From assembly GCA_951406725.2 (NCBI GenBank), contig OX597819.1:120280001-120344000 (forward strand): a stretch of 64,000 bases of DNA, given 5' to 3'. A model generated the notes under the pieces. That model ran no database searches, was not told the origin of the DNA, and saw nothing but the letters and a program-made list of their open reading frames with translations. Shown piece by piece: positions 13,186-26,926 of this stretch; within the stretch, counting starts at the first letter, position 1; every line of letters begins with the position of its first letter. The position numbers and the translations under genes are program-made. The stretch comes from Octopus vulgaris (taxonomy: Eukaryota).

Positions 13186-13238
13186 TAAAAAAAGGTAAGA
13201 TCAGTAATAATCAATTCTCTGACAAGAACAAGGCTAAA

Positions 13239-13323
<85 letters not shown>

Positions 13324-13784
13324 GGAGATCGGCATAGCAGTATCAAAACAAACATATCCATTATTGTGAACATGAAAAATAAACGCGTAAATATCTCAGG
13401 AGAGCGATAAATCAGTTGCAAAAGAAAAAAGAAAAAAAACGATGTGAAAAAGATGCCTTTGTGCTGCAAATGGTTCGACTCCGGAAACAGAGGACAGACG
13501 TGTGATACGGAGGTGGAGGCGGAGGCGGAGGGGGAGGAGGAGGAAGGATTAAATAAAATAATATATATAATAAAATAGATTTATATATAAATATAATGAA
13601 ATGGTGAATTATTTAATTGTATCTCCATAGTAACAGTGACGTAATGAACGTGACGTAAAAACCTGCGAAAGTTACCTTCAAAAAATATTTTTCACACATT
13701 TGTTGTTGTTGTTGTTGTTGTTGTTGTTATTGTTATTGTTGTTTTTTTGGTGTTTAGGCTGTAGGTCATAGCATGATGGCGGAG

Positions 13785-14070
13785 GGACCTATGGATGGTC
13801 GAAATCAATCCAGCCATGACCACGTCACCGATTTTTTGTTTTTTCTTGAACATAGTGTTTCAACGCCTTTACTATTTAATGAGCACAGGTCTGTCGTGAT
13901 CGTGTAGAGACCTATGATCAAAGATATTCCAGCCGTGACCACCACTACCGCAATAATTTTTTTGTCTCATACATAGTAACATCAAAGACTATACTATTAA
14001 CGTGATCGTGTTGAGTTCCATGGTCAAAGTTATTTCCGCCGTGACGACCTTATCAGCTATTTTTTTTCAG
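13785..14070 (+). repeat. Three degenerate tandem copies of an old repeat tail
   Basis: GACCTATG..CAAAG.TATTCCAGCC(A/G)TGACCAC motif at ~13786, 13908 and 14015; similar piece at ~390-440. Confidence 0.55.
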
Positions 14071-14079
14071 ACGTACTGT

Positions 14080-14708
14080 CCATCCATCTAACCGCTCAGT
14101 CGAAGTCGACTCTCGGTCATTCGTTGGATCAGTGTTCTCCAGTCAGTTCTATCCTGGGCCGCTTCTTTCAGATTGGCTATGTCCATTCCGGTATCCCTCT
14201 TGTTGGTGTCAAGCCAGCGAGTTCTTGGTCGGCCTCTTCCTCTCTTGCCACAGACCATTCCGAGCATGATGTCCTTCTCCAGGGATTTTCTCCGCATAAT
14301 ATGACCAAAATATTGCCAATTTATGCTTGGTGATCCTAGCTTCTAGCAACATTTTCGGCTAGATCTGGTTAAGAACTTCTCCATTGGTGAGCCTCGCTGT
14401 CCATGGAATCCGTAAAAGTCTTCTCCAACACCAAAGCTCGAATGCATTAATTCTCTTTTGGTCAGCTTTCTTTAGTGTCCAGGTCTCGCATCCATATGTT
14501 GCTATTGAGAAGACGATTGCATTCACCAATCTGCGTTTGGTAGCGGGGCTGATGTCACTACTCTTCCAGACCTTACTCATGCTGACCATTGCCTCTCTGC
14601 CTAGAACTATCCGCCGCCTTATTTCTGGAGTGCAGTTACCATCTCGATTTATTTTGGAGCCAAGGAAGATGAAATCATCAACCACTTCGATCTCTTCATT
14701 ATCGACAT
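14080..14708 (-). mobile_element. RTE-clade LINE 3' fragment
   Basis: FIFLGSKI...YGCETWTL...FELWCWRRLLRIPWT...GKRGRGRPRTRWLD; (GATG) tail; possible TSD GAC(G/A)TACTGT. Confidence 0.92.
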
Positions 14709-14857
14709 ACTGTATCAAAGATTATTCTGTTTAATCTGACCTTCCTCTGTTTTTTCCTTTATTCGCAAGAGTATAATATAAGAAATTTGGTTGCTAGTTC
14801 AAAGTACGTCGAGCGACCACGTTTTTTAAGCTTTTTTATTAAAAGAGGTGAGAAAAC

Positions 14858-15455
14858 GGTGAGCTGGCAGAATCGTTAGCACAGCGGGCAAAATAATTAG
14901 CGGCATTTCGTCCGTCTCTATGTTCTGAGTTCAAATTCCGCCGAGGTCGACTTTGCCTTTTATCTTTTCGGAGTCGATAAAATCTAAGTACCACTTGAGC
15001 ACTGGGACCAATGTAATCGACTTACCCCCTTCCCAACAAATTTTATTCCTTGCTCCTATACTAGGAAAGATTATTAAAAAGTTGAGGTTGTGGAATGACA
15101 GACTCGTTGGAACGACGGGAAAATTACTTTACGGTATTTGTTCTGCTTCTTAATGTTCTGAGTTCAAATTCCGCCGAAGCCAACTATGTATTTCATCGTT
15201 TCAAGATCAACAAAATAAAGTACCAATCAAGTACGAAGGTCGATGATATCGACTAACCCCTACCTTCAAAAATGCTAGCCTTGTACTCAAATCAGAAGCT
15301 GTTACTGGTGGCGAGGTGGCTGAATCGTTAGGGATTCGGTAAAACTGTTTAAAGGTATTTGCTCTAACTCTTTCCCTCCCGAGTTGAAACCCCGCCAAGG
15401 ATAGCTTTCCCCTTCGTTCTCTCGAGGTCGATACAATAAAGTACCAATCAAGTAA
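14858..15455 (+). mobile_element. Three tandem older SINE-A-related units, each with its own head
   Basis: Heads at ~14858, ~15085 and ~15308; each has a B box and a GTCGAT/AATAAAGTACCA block. Confidence 0.75.
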
Positions 15456-15456
15456 T

Positions 15457-15960
15457 GTGAAGATGCGTGGCCTAATGGTTTGCTTGGTGCATTCGAGAAG
15501 TGTAGTGGCAGTAGTAATGGGGACTATGATGATAACGATGAGGATGGTGGTGGTGGTGGTGGTGGTGAAGATGATGAAGAGGATGATGATGAGGAGGAGG
15601 AGGAGGAGGAGGATGTTGATGAAAAGAAGAAGAAAGAAAGAAAGAAAAAAGAAAGAACGAAAGAAGGAAAGAAAGAGAAAAAGAAAGAAAAAATGAAAGA
15701 AAGCAAGAAGGAAAGAAGAAAAGAAACAAAGAAATAAAGAAACAAAGAAAGAAAGAAACATACAAACAAACAAACAAACAAAGAAGAGCGTTGTGTTCTT
15801 GAGCAAAACCCTTCATTTCACGTTCCTCCATTATGAATGAATAACCTCACGACGGTGCGGCATCCCTTTCACAGGGAATATTGTGATATCGGTCTCTTAA
15901 CGCCATGGAAACCAGGTACCTGGACCTATGAGTCCTTTGACTCGTGACTGTACTTTACTT
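15457..15960 (+). mobile_element. SINE-B-related copy split by a ~290-bp low-complexity insert
   Basis: Head GCGTGGCCTAATGG at ~15466; resumes GCGTTGTGTTCTTGAGCAAAAC at ~15788. Confidence 0.65.
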
Positions 15961-16334
15961 TCAATCAAGTACTGGTGTCGATACTCTCGACTTGGTCTTG
16001 GGTCAAAAACAATTCTTAAAATGCTGAGGAGTAAAGACGGTGGTTTGCTAGAATTGGCCAAATGGGGAACAGCATCGTGTATAGTATTTAATTTTAACTC
16101 CCAGTGTACTGGGTTCAAACTCTAGTAGGGACAATTCTACCTCTGACCTTATTTCATTTTTTTTATTTAATTTTGCTTTTGTTTTGTTTTGGAGGCGGAA
16201 TGGTCGATAAAATAAAGTTTGAGTCAAGTACTGGAGGAGGTAACAAGTATGGAAGAAAGTGATGAAGACACAACTGAAGATGGAGCGTAATATGTCACAT
16301 GTTTATCATCGTGACTGGCGCAAATTCCAAGTTG

Positions 16335-17075
<741 letters not shown>

Positions 17076-17340
17076 TGAAAATGTAAATTATTCATTTTTC
17101 CTTGCCATAGCAACACTGACGTAATAACTGATGTAAACCTCCGAAAGTTATTTCCCAAGTTAGTTTAACATGACTAATATTGTTACAATTATTTATTTAT
17201 TCGACTTTCCATGGTCGATAAAATAAGTACCAGTTAAACACTGGGGTCGATGAAATCGACTAGCCTCCTCCCCTAAATTTCAAGCCTTGAGTCTATTGTA
17301 CAAAGTTTCATTATTACTTATTATTGTTATTATTATTATT

Positions 17341-17894
17341 GAGTGGGGAAGCAGTGCATGCCACCAAAGAGACACTGGGGTAAAATATACGAAGCCCAGT
17401 ATACCCATCATGACTACCCGTCTGCTAAGGGTACACAAAGCACACGCATCACAACCATATGTGCGCGACATGGTGATCTCATACCAAGATAATCAGCACA
17501 TGACCTTGCAGGTGGGGCCCAGTTAGAATTTTCTTCAGGTTGAGTAACCCAGCCCGCTCAAAAGGTCCCTGAATAAGGGTTGTTTAAGGATGTTGAACGA
17601 AACACCCATATTTCCAGAGGTGAATTATTCAAACCCCAAAGAATCCCTCTCAACACATGGCTATGATGCTCCCCCACTACTTCTGCTCGTGATCAGAGAT
17701 GCACATATCGTCAGCCACTAAGGGAAATGTTCAACTGGTTAAGGGCAAACAACTGACAAGCAAATCTGTAGTATTGAGCAGAATATTTGCTGTAGCCCAT
17801 CTTTTATACCAAGACAAAACAATGTACATGATAGCACTTCCAATCAGTTAAGATCAGCAGCCATGAGAACCACTGCCTGGTACTGCATCAGGGC

Positions 17895-17897
<3 letters not shown>
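17341..17897 (-). mobile_element. ~557-bp unclassified element embedded in (TAA)n
   Basis: Non-coding block with (TTA)n on both sides, directly next to the Dong/R4 3' end. Confidence 0.55.
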
Positions 17898-17985
<88 letters not shown>

Positions 17986-17987
<2 letters not shown>

Positions 17988-20900
17988 TATACACACAACA
18001 AATTAGACTGTTTGAAAAGAAAAGAATCCTAACATCGGCTTACAGCAAATAACCTTAGATGCCAAGAACCCTACTAAGTATCCTAGCTGTCCCTAATAAC
18101 ACTGTTTTCTGCAGCTGACCTAAACTGGATTTTATACCTATTTTCTCTATCCATCTGTTCAGATATTTAGGGATAGTTCCCAATGCACCTATAACTACTG
18201 GGATACATTTTTACCCGCACTTTCCATAGTCTCTGTAATTCAATAGCTAGGTTCTGGTACTTTGCTATTTTTTCTATACCTCTCATATTAATATTTTCAT
18301 TATTTGGGACTGTAAAATCATTTAACTGCTACTTATCTACTACTACCAAATAAGGCCTTCTAGCTCCTATTACTCTATCAGTCTGAATGTCAAAGTCCCA
18401 CAACATCTGGTACTTCTTACTTTCTAGTACTTTACTAGGTTCATGTTCGTAACATTTATCAGTATCTTCAAATTTTAGTTTTCCGCATAACTCCCTGTGG
18501 ATTACTCTTCCTAGGTTGTCGTGTCTTTTCCTGTATTCTTTCTGTGCCAGCATGCTACATTCACTTACTATATGAGTAACGCTTTCCTCTTTTGACTTGC
18601 ATAACCTACATTGGGAATCTACTTGGTTTTTGTCTATCTTGGCTTTGATCCAATTAGTCCTTAATGCTTGACCTTGTGCAGCTACTAACAAACTTTCTGT
18701 CTCTCTCTTCAGCTTTCCCTTCGGCAGCCATGTCTCACTACTACTATTTGCTGAGAATCTACTATGCAATGCCTTCTCTTCCTATCAGATAATTTCTGTT
18801 CTTTTTTCTAATTTTTAAATTCATTTGGTGTTTTGGTTTCCCTAAGTCTTGCTGTAACTCTAGCAGCTTTTTATAGACTTTCTTCACTATTACCTACATA
18901 GGAGTCTATATCTACTCTAGCTAACTCCACACAGTCTTCCGCTAATATTAACCCTTTTCCACCTTCCTTCTAGGTAGGTATAATCTTGCTACACCTGCTC
19001 TTAGGTGGAATCCTCCATTCATATTGAATTCCTTCCTAGTTCTTGTCTGTCTAGCTTTGCTAATTCAGTTTTTGTCCAATCTGCAAAAGCTGCTGAGTAT
19101 CTAAGTAATGATACTGCCCAATTATTTACAACCTTCACTAGGTTCGGATCATTTAGCTTTGACTTCATTAGCTTCCATATCCTTCTGATGTAATCCTTCT
19201 CAATTGTCGTTTTCATTTCTATAATTAGTAATCTGTCAGATTCTAATATTCTTAGTCGCTTATAACTCTCTCCTCCTTTCAATGATGTTAATGTCTAGCC
19301 GTCTGGTAATTGGATGCCTTTGCTGTTGACTACCAGTCCCCTTCTCATGACTAATATTACACACTTACCTATGCCAAATTCCATGCCTATATCTTTGCTG
19401 AAGAGTCTTACAGTCTGTATTAAAGAATCTCTTTTTCATTCTTACTAAAAAGTTTGATTGTCCATGTAGAACAAATGATTGATTTTTCCATTACTATTTC
19501 TGAACTGATACCCTGCCTTTGTCTTCCTTAATACTAAACTGAGGGAGATCAAACATAGAACAAATATTACAGGGTACAGCGAGTCTCCCTGGAAAATACC
19601 TCTTTTGATTGCAATTTTCCCTAAGAGAGTGTCACACGAGTATAGATCTACCTTCCATTTCTTCATACTAAAGCTAATTAATTCTCTTACGTTGTCTGCT
19701 ATATTGAACATACTCAAACATTCACTTATCCATGAGTGTGGGATCATATCATAGGCTTTCCTATAATTTATCCATGCTATTGTTAGCTTTTTCTTTCGAG
19801 ATTTTACTTCATTTAGAACTGTTTTGTCTATATATAATAGATCGTGCGTTCCTCTAGCCTTCTTCCTACAATCTTTCTGTTCTTCTTGTAGTAAATTCTG
19901 GTTGTCAAGTTACTCGTAAATGCTTTCTGAAAGCATTCCTGTTAACAACTTCCACACTAATGGTAAGCAAGTGATTGGTTTTTAGTTGCTAGCTGTATTA
20001 CTCTTGCTCTTATCCTTCATAATGAGTATTGTCCTCCTCTAGTCAGCCAATCTCGTATTATTGCTCCATTAAAGCAATCTTGAAGTTGTTTCCTCAGCCT
20101 CCCATGTAAACTACTAAATTTCTTTAGCCAGTACCTTTGAACTAAATCTGGTTCTGGGCCCTTCCAATTCGGTATTTTCCCTGATACTTTACTCATTAAT
20201 GCACTAGTTAATCTTAGAACTGGTTGTTTCTCACTCACTACTTCTTCCCTCACTTTCTTTAACCATTCTGCATCTCCATTATGATTGACTGGCCTATCCC
20301 AAATATGACTCCAGAACTTTCTACCTTCTTCTGAATTGGGTTTCACACCTTCAGTAGTTCGTTCTCCACTATTTATTTGGTTATAAAATCTCCTCTGGTC
20401 TGTCTCAAAGAATCTATTCTGTTGATACTGATCTATTCTCTTTTCTGGTATATGGAGACCTTGTCTGCTGCTGCTATGATACGCTGTTTCAATTCTTCTA
20501 TTACTGTCCCAAATCCTTTCTCTTTGACTAAATATCTTTTCTCACGGGAAGATTTGCATCTTGTGTTTCCTAACTTGTTCACTTTCCCCGTTTCTATTCT
20601 CAGATCTTATCGTAAAATCACTTTATTTTGTCATTTCCTTTTCCACATTTGCTCTTTTTCAATCTTTCCCTGTGAGATATGTAATCTTCTGGTGACTACT
20701 ACCCCCCCCCCCCCTGCGTAGATCAATAAGATAGTCACTTCTATATTTTTGGCATCTATCCTCCTGATAACAGAATCTACTTTCTTAGTCATTTCTAGAA
20801 GTTTCCTTCTGTTGATGTCTTTTAATGTTGGCAATCTTTTTCTTACTTCTTGACACATTACTTCTTGCAACTCATCTAAAATCTTCTGATCTTCCTCACT

Positions 20901-21575
20901 TAAGTCACTTAAGTCGTTGGTACCAGGTGTCCCTTCTTTATTGGTAGCGCTATTATTATTTTTTCCTTTAGATTCTTCTTTGGTTTAAGCTGTATCTCTT
21001 ATGTTGTTGTTTGTCTTTCCCACTGCCTGGTCTTCCTTTTCTAATTCTCTTGTGATCTCTTCAACCTCCAATTCTGTCATCCACTTTCTTCTCCTAATAC
21101 CATTAGCTTGATCAACTAATCTCTGCTCAGTCACTTTAAACACACCTTTCTCTACCCAAAGTGTTAACATCCCTTTTCTATAGCCCATTCGTTTAGGTTC
21201 ACTTTCTAAGTATCACTGCATCACTATCCTGTTTTCTTCGTTGGTTCACTTCCTCCTCCTTACACTATAATTGCTGATGCTGTATTAGGATAACAGCTGT
21301 GGTCAGTTTGCATCTTTACTGATCCACTGTCGAGTGAGAGGCCTTCCCTTATAGGTCCAGCTTCATTTTCGCTGTTACAACCCGAGTTGTTCGGAATCTC
21401 CTCTCTCTCGTAAACTGAAGTAAGGTAACGTTCGTCACCATCGTCATCACCACTCTTATTTATCGACATCAGTTAATTTCAAGCAGCTTTCTATTGCATC
21501 ATTTGTTGCACCTTTGAGCTGGTTGGATGATGTGTGCTGCATTTTTTGTAGGGGGTGGATATTGTATTGCATCAG
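17986..21575 (-). mobile_element. Near full-length decayed R4/Dong-clade non-LTR retrotransposon (RT + restriction-like endonuclease)
   Basis: N-terminal TEQRLVDQANGIRRRKW; RT motifs MIPHSWI, RGIFQGDSL, NHLFYMD; CRLC...HIVSEC...RHD zinc knuckle; LWDF..TD...RRP(Y)LVVVDK; 3' end abuts (TAA)n; many frameshifts. Confidence 0.92.
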
Positions 21576-21639
21576 TACGTTTTGTTATGTATGTATATAT
21601 AATGGTTTTCTAAATTATATATAATAATAATAATAATAA

Positions 21640-21852
21640 TGTTCGTCCTTCGGTTTGAAGATGACCAACTGACATCATCTGATGGAACTGCCGCCATGAG
21701 ACCGGAGGTGGCTGGTGAGGCCAATCCGGGCAAGGAAGCCCCTCCCACAGGTGGGGCAGAAGTGGGTAGGGGCAGTGCTACTGGTGCAGGTGGCTCTGAC
21801 TTTACGCATCTGACGTTTCTGCTCCGCTGACCGAATCCGTCCCTCCTCGGAT
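21640..21852 (-). mobile_element. RTE-BovB-type LINE 3' end
   Basis: Minus translation KRQMRKVRA...HFCPTCGRGFLARIGLTSHLRSH; (ATT)n tail. Confidence 0.85.
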
Positions 21853-21939
21853 TATATATACCTATAAGTTGACATTTCACTTAGCATGAGAATATGCGTG
21901 TTGATACAACTGTAAACGTCATTATCTACAACAAACAGA

Positions 21940-22366
21940 TACGTACGGAGGAAATGTGAAAACCATTTTAATTGACAAAGACAGATACAACAGGTTGAAG
22001 GAGATGTGTAACGTTGATCCGCCGGGATTTGCGGTGGAGTTTGAAAAGCTACCGAATGTAGTGGAATTAAGAGAACTGGAACCATTCATAGTATATTGAA
22101 AAAAAATTTTTTTTTTTTTAAAGATTGAACAAAAACGATGCTAAGGGAGAAAAAACAAGGGAAGAAGAAAATAGATTATAAACTACGAGTAAAAACGTTC
22201 AAATGGTACTGCATGAGACTGGGGCTCATGCAGCCATTTCATTTTTCATTTTTATATAGCATTTTTCTCATTTTTCATTCGTTTTATGTTTTTGTCCCCA
22301 CTGTGACGTTCTGTCTGTCCCTGTGCTCTCCCATCTGTGTTTGACCCTTGTGGATGCAAATAAAAA
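21940..22366 (+). mobile_element. 5'-truncated retro-insertion with 21-bp TSD and SINE-A-like tail
   Basis: TSD TCATTATCTACAACAAACAGA (21919-21939 / 22367-22387); ends CCCTTGTGGATGCAAATAAAAA. Confidence 0.8.
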
Positions 22367-23107
22367 TCATTATCTACAACAAACAGAGAACCTTAATCGC
22401 TTTGTTTGAAACTACGTGGTGTTTTTATCAGTAAATTAACGTCAGTTTCTCGACCATAGGTTGATCAGACCAATCTACACGATTTTCATGAAGAGAGTTG
22501 TATTATAAAACATATCGTTATTTGCCCTGTGTACGGCGAAAACCAGAAGTCAACCACGGCGAAATTTGAACTCACAACGTAGCAACAGAAGAAATACCTA
22601 TTTCTTTATTGCCCACAAGGGGTTAAACAGCCATCGCCTGAAAAAAGGGTTTCATCTGCAGTCTCTTATCAAACACAGCCTGCTTCAGCTGGTTTCAGTG
22701 GTCGTGCCTATCTTTATGGTAGATTTGCGAAGATGAAATCAATGCTACCCACAGGGTTTATCCGCAAGAAATTTTGGCACAAGACTAACAAGTTCGAAGG
22801 AAGAGGTAAGTCGATTACATCAACCCCAGTACTGCGCTGGTACTTAGTTTATCGATCTCCGAGAGTATGAAAGGCAAAGTCGATCTCGACGAATTTAAAC
22901 TCAGAATATAAAGACGGATGAAATATTGCTAAGCATTCTTCTCAACGTCTTAACGATTCTGTCAGCTCACTGCCTTCGGGAAGTGGAATGTTAAATGGAT
23001 AAAAGTCTTTGGTTGAAAATCTCTCCGCGATTTCGGTCATTTCCGATGCGCCGAATAATTTCAACTTGTATGGTTTAACAGCTCCTGTTAAAGATCCTCC
23101 ACCTTTT

Positions 23108-23261
<154 letters not shown>

Positions 23262-23332
23262 ATCTGTCTGTATGTCTGTCTATCTATCACTATATCTATC
23301 TGTCTGTATATCTATCTATCTATCTATATATA

Positions 23333-23366
<34 letters not shown>

Positions 23367-23451
23367 ACTGCATGTATGTACCAAGTGAATGACCCTTAAA
23401 AATTGTGAAGTACAGATGAGGAAAGCACATAGATCCCGGCACACACATAGT

Positions 23452-23494
<43 letters not shown>

Positions 23495-23547
23495 AAATTC
23501 ACTTCATCATCTTCATGTGTATATTTGTTTGTATTTGCATGTATATG

Positions 23548-23708
23548 CAGGAGTGGCTGTGTGGTAAGTAGCTTGCTAACCAACCACATGGTTCCGGGTT
23601 CAGTCCCACTGCGTGGCATCTTGGGCAAGTGTCTTCTGCTATAGCCCCGGGTCGACCAATGCCTTGTGAGTGGATTTGGTAGACGGAAACTAAAAGAAGC
23701 CTGTCGTA
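23548..23708 (+). mobile_element. SINE-C head (matching tail at 25526-25709)
   Basis: Head matches other SINE-C copies and stops at the TA-rich internal site. Confidence 0.85.
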
Positions 23709-23722
23709 TATATGTATGTATA

Positions 23723-24125
23723 TCTCTTATTATAAAAGGCAGATTTTATCTGCCTCCCTTTGGGAGTTATACAAATCTACAATATAGGATTTCTTCAATT
23801 ACAATTTACCTAGCATTTTTAACAGTACAATGCATCGCGTCATGCCAGGTCCAGTTTTTAAAATTTAAACTCCAATTAAGCAAAATTTACAGAAAACTCA
23901 CATTCTGGTGTGTGTGTCAAATGCTTTTCTTAGTCTGGTTTACACCACACGCAAACGCACACACACAGTGGGCAACGAATAAAATGAAAGTAAATAGCGA
24001 CAGAGTGATTTGAGGAAGACTAAAGTGAAAGTATTCTGTCTATGACGCTGATAGATACATGAGTAAAATGTATGGGAAGCTAAGAGCTAAGAGTGAGTGA
24101 AAATGTTCTTGGAAGAGAGTAATTA
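23723..24125 (+). mobile_element. Probable Helitron 5' fragment
   Basis: Starts A|TCTCTTATTATAAAAG like other Helitron 5' ends here; no CTAG end found. Confidence 0.45.
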
Positions 24126-24447
24126 GTAATAAAGTAAACATACACTCATACATACATACATACATACATACATACATACATACATACATACATACATACA
24201 TACATACATACATACACACACACACGTACACACACACATACATACACACACACATACATACATACACACATACATACATACATATACATACATACATACA
24301 TATACATACATACATACACACACACATACACACATACACAGTATTGAAGCTTGAGAACAATCAGATACATTTGCAACACATCTGTTGAAAATATTATTGT
24401 TCACACACATACATATACATATATACATACAGACAGACAGACAGATA

Positions 24448-24487
<40 letters not shown>

Positions 24488-24534
24488 ATCCAGCATGGCC
24501 ACAACCTCAAGGCTGAAACATATAAAAGAATAAC

Positions 24535-24905
24535 AGAATATAAATGTGTGCAAAGTACAAGAAATATTAATGCAGTATATGGGGATTGGACAATAAGCGT
24601 AAGGCAGTGTCAATGGTGGTTCCAGAAATCCCGAGCCATAAACTACAGCCTAGAAGACGAGCCTCATCCTGAAAGATCTGTAGAACTCGACAAGGACATC
24701 CTGAAAACCCTGGTGGAACAAAATATCATCGTAACTGTTGAGGAACTAGCAGAGAAGCTTGGATTTGGTCATTCAACCATTCATTGACACCTGTGTGCTA
24801 TCGGAAAAGTCAGCAAATTGGGTCAATGGGTTCCTCACGAACTTTCCGAGTCTAATTGCATGCAGAGAGTGAATGTATGCTTTTCTTTGCTGTCATATCT
24901 CACCA
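24535..24905 (+). pseudogene. Mariner transposase N-terminal remnant
   Basis: NINAVYG...VRQCQWWFQK...SLEDEPH...TVEELAEKLG...LGQWVPHELS. Confidence 0.9.
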
Positions 24906-24922
24906 CTACTGCGCTATGTATA

Positions 24923-25506
24923 TCTATATATATAAAACTGTAGTTGTGTGAGTGTCTGTCCCCTTCGATTTAGATTCCTAACTACTCCCACATTATGCGG
25001 TACAGTTTAACCAAATTCGGGTAGCTTATAGTCGTGATTCATATCGAGCCCGTCTGAGTATTAGCGCGCGTCTACGATGAGTCTACGATTTTAAAAATAA
25101 TTTAACATCATTTTTTATTCCATTTTAATGCATAATTTTTCGTGTGTCGATGGCGGCGGAGTTGGCGTCCACGCTCACACCTGCACCTGTGGGGAAGGGA
25201 GTGTAAGGAAATCAACGTCGTAATGCGTTGTCAAGGAGACCAGTGTTCTTTTAGAACAACGACTTCATGGCTTGAAGACACCAAAACAGAAATGGCTAAG
25301 AAAGCGTCTACATGAGTCTACGATTTAAAAAAAAATTTACCATCGTTTTTTTTCCATTTTAATGCATTTTTTTTGCTATTATATAAGGGAAGTAACTCTC
25401 TAAAAATGTCTACGATGAGTCAACGATTTTTTGGCTATAACTCTCTAAAAATGCTTATATAGTTATTTCCCTTACAAACCCGAGCAACGCCGGGCGATAC
25501 TGCTAG
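24923..25506 (+). mobile_element. Non-autonomous Helitron
   Basis: 5' TCTATATATATAAAA; 3' hairpin CCCGAGCAACGCCGGG then CTAG|T; internal repeats of GAGTCTACGATTTTAAAA. Confidence 0.85.
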
Positions 25507-25828
25507 TATATATATATATATGAATGTGTGTCTGTGTTTGTCCCCCTAGCATTGCTTGACAACCGATGCTGGTGTGTTTACGGTTCGGCAAAAGAGACCG
25601 ATAGAATAAGTACTGGGCTTACAAAGTCCGGGGGTCGATTTGCTCGACTAAAGGTGGTGCTCCAGCATGGCCGCAGTCAAATGACTGAAACAAGTAAAAG
25701 AGTAAAGAGTATGTGTTTGTGTATGATCGTGAATGTGTGTTGTGTGTGTGAGACGTAAAGTAAAACAGGTTCATAGAGTCATCTCTAAATGTTTCATGAA
25801 ATTTTATCACTTACTGAACACACACCCG

Positions 25829-25895
<67 letters not shown>

Positions 25896-26067
25896 AGCAC
25901 GCATATACACCCTCAAAACACACACTCACCATACGTTTGGACACGCATACATACATAAATACAGGCATACGTATGTGTGAGTGTGTGAGGCATTATATGC
26001 TTGTGTGTGTGTGCGTCTGCGTGTGTGTGCGTGTGTGTGTCTGCGTGTGTGTGTGTGTCTGCGTGCG

Positions 26068-26126
<59 letters not shown>

Positions 26127-26544
26127 TATACACACATACGTAGACACTTATATTTGTAATTATGTAGAGATCAAAGAGATCACGGCAATTAATTTAATAG
26201 CACCTTCACATGTATCAGGCTAAAATCTTCTTAATCATTCAATTGATCAATATAGCAGTCCATGCGAAGTTAAGCATCTGTGTGTAATGATCGCACACAG
26301 CCTAATAATTGTTATGCATTGGCAGTATATACTGTAGTAAAGAAATGAGAATGGGTAGCTCAAAACTTCACTACACACGATGCAATACAATAACAATGTA
26401 TTCAATAATGCACAATAATTATGCAATATTGCATAATTTCTCATAATTCCATAACAACCCTATTTCATCAGGCGGTATACACCCTTCCATCGTCAAAATC
26501 AAATCAATCTATGAAGTTTAAAATATTTTTAGATATAATTATAT

Positions 26545-26926
26545 TTATTTCTTTATTGCCCACAAGAAACTAAACACAGAGGGGACAAACAAAGGGATTA
26601 AGTCGATTGTATCGACCCCAGTGCGTAACTGGTACTTATTTTATCGACCCCGAAAGGATGAAAGGTAAAGTTGATCACGGCGAAATTTGAACTCAGATCG
26701 TAACAACAGACGAAATACCTATTTCTTTACTACACACAAGGGACTAAACACAGAGGGGACAAACAAGGACAGACTAACGGATTAAGTCGATTATATCGAC
26801 CCCAGTGCGTAACTGTTACTTATTTAATCGACCCCAAAAGGATGAAAGGCAAAGTCGACCTCGACGGAATTTGAACTCAGAATGTAGCGACAGACGAAGA
26901 TGAAACTAAACACAGAGGGGACAAAC
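26545..26926 (-). mobile_element. SINE-A dimer, rearranged at right end
   Basis: Two body/tail units with the GAAATACC|TATTTC junction; head missing. Confidence 0.85.

Noticed and set aside
17875-17890. U2 snRNA-like CCTGGTACTGCA
   Set aside because: Only ~12 nt of similarity.
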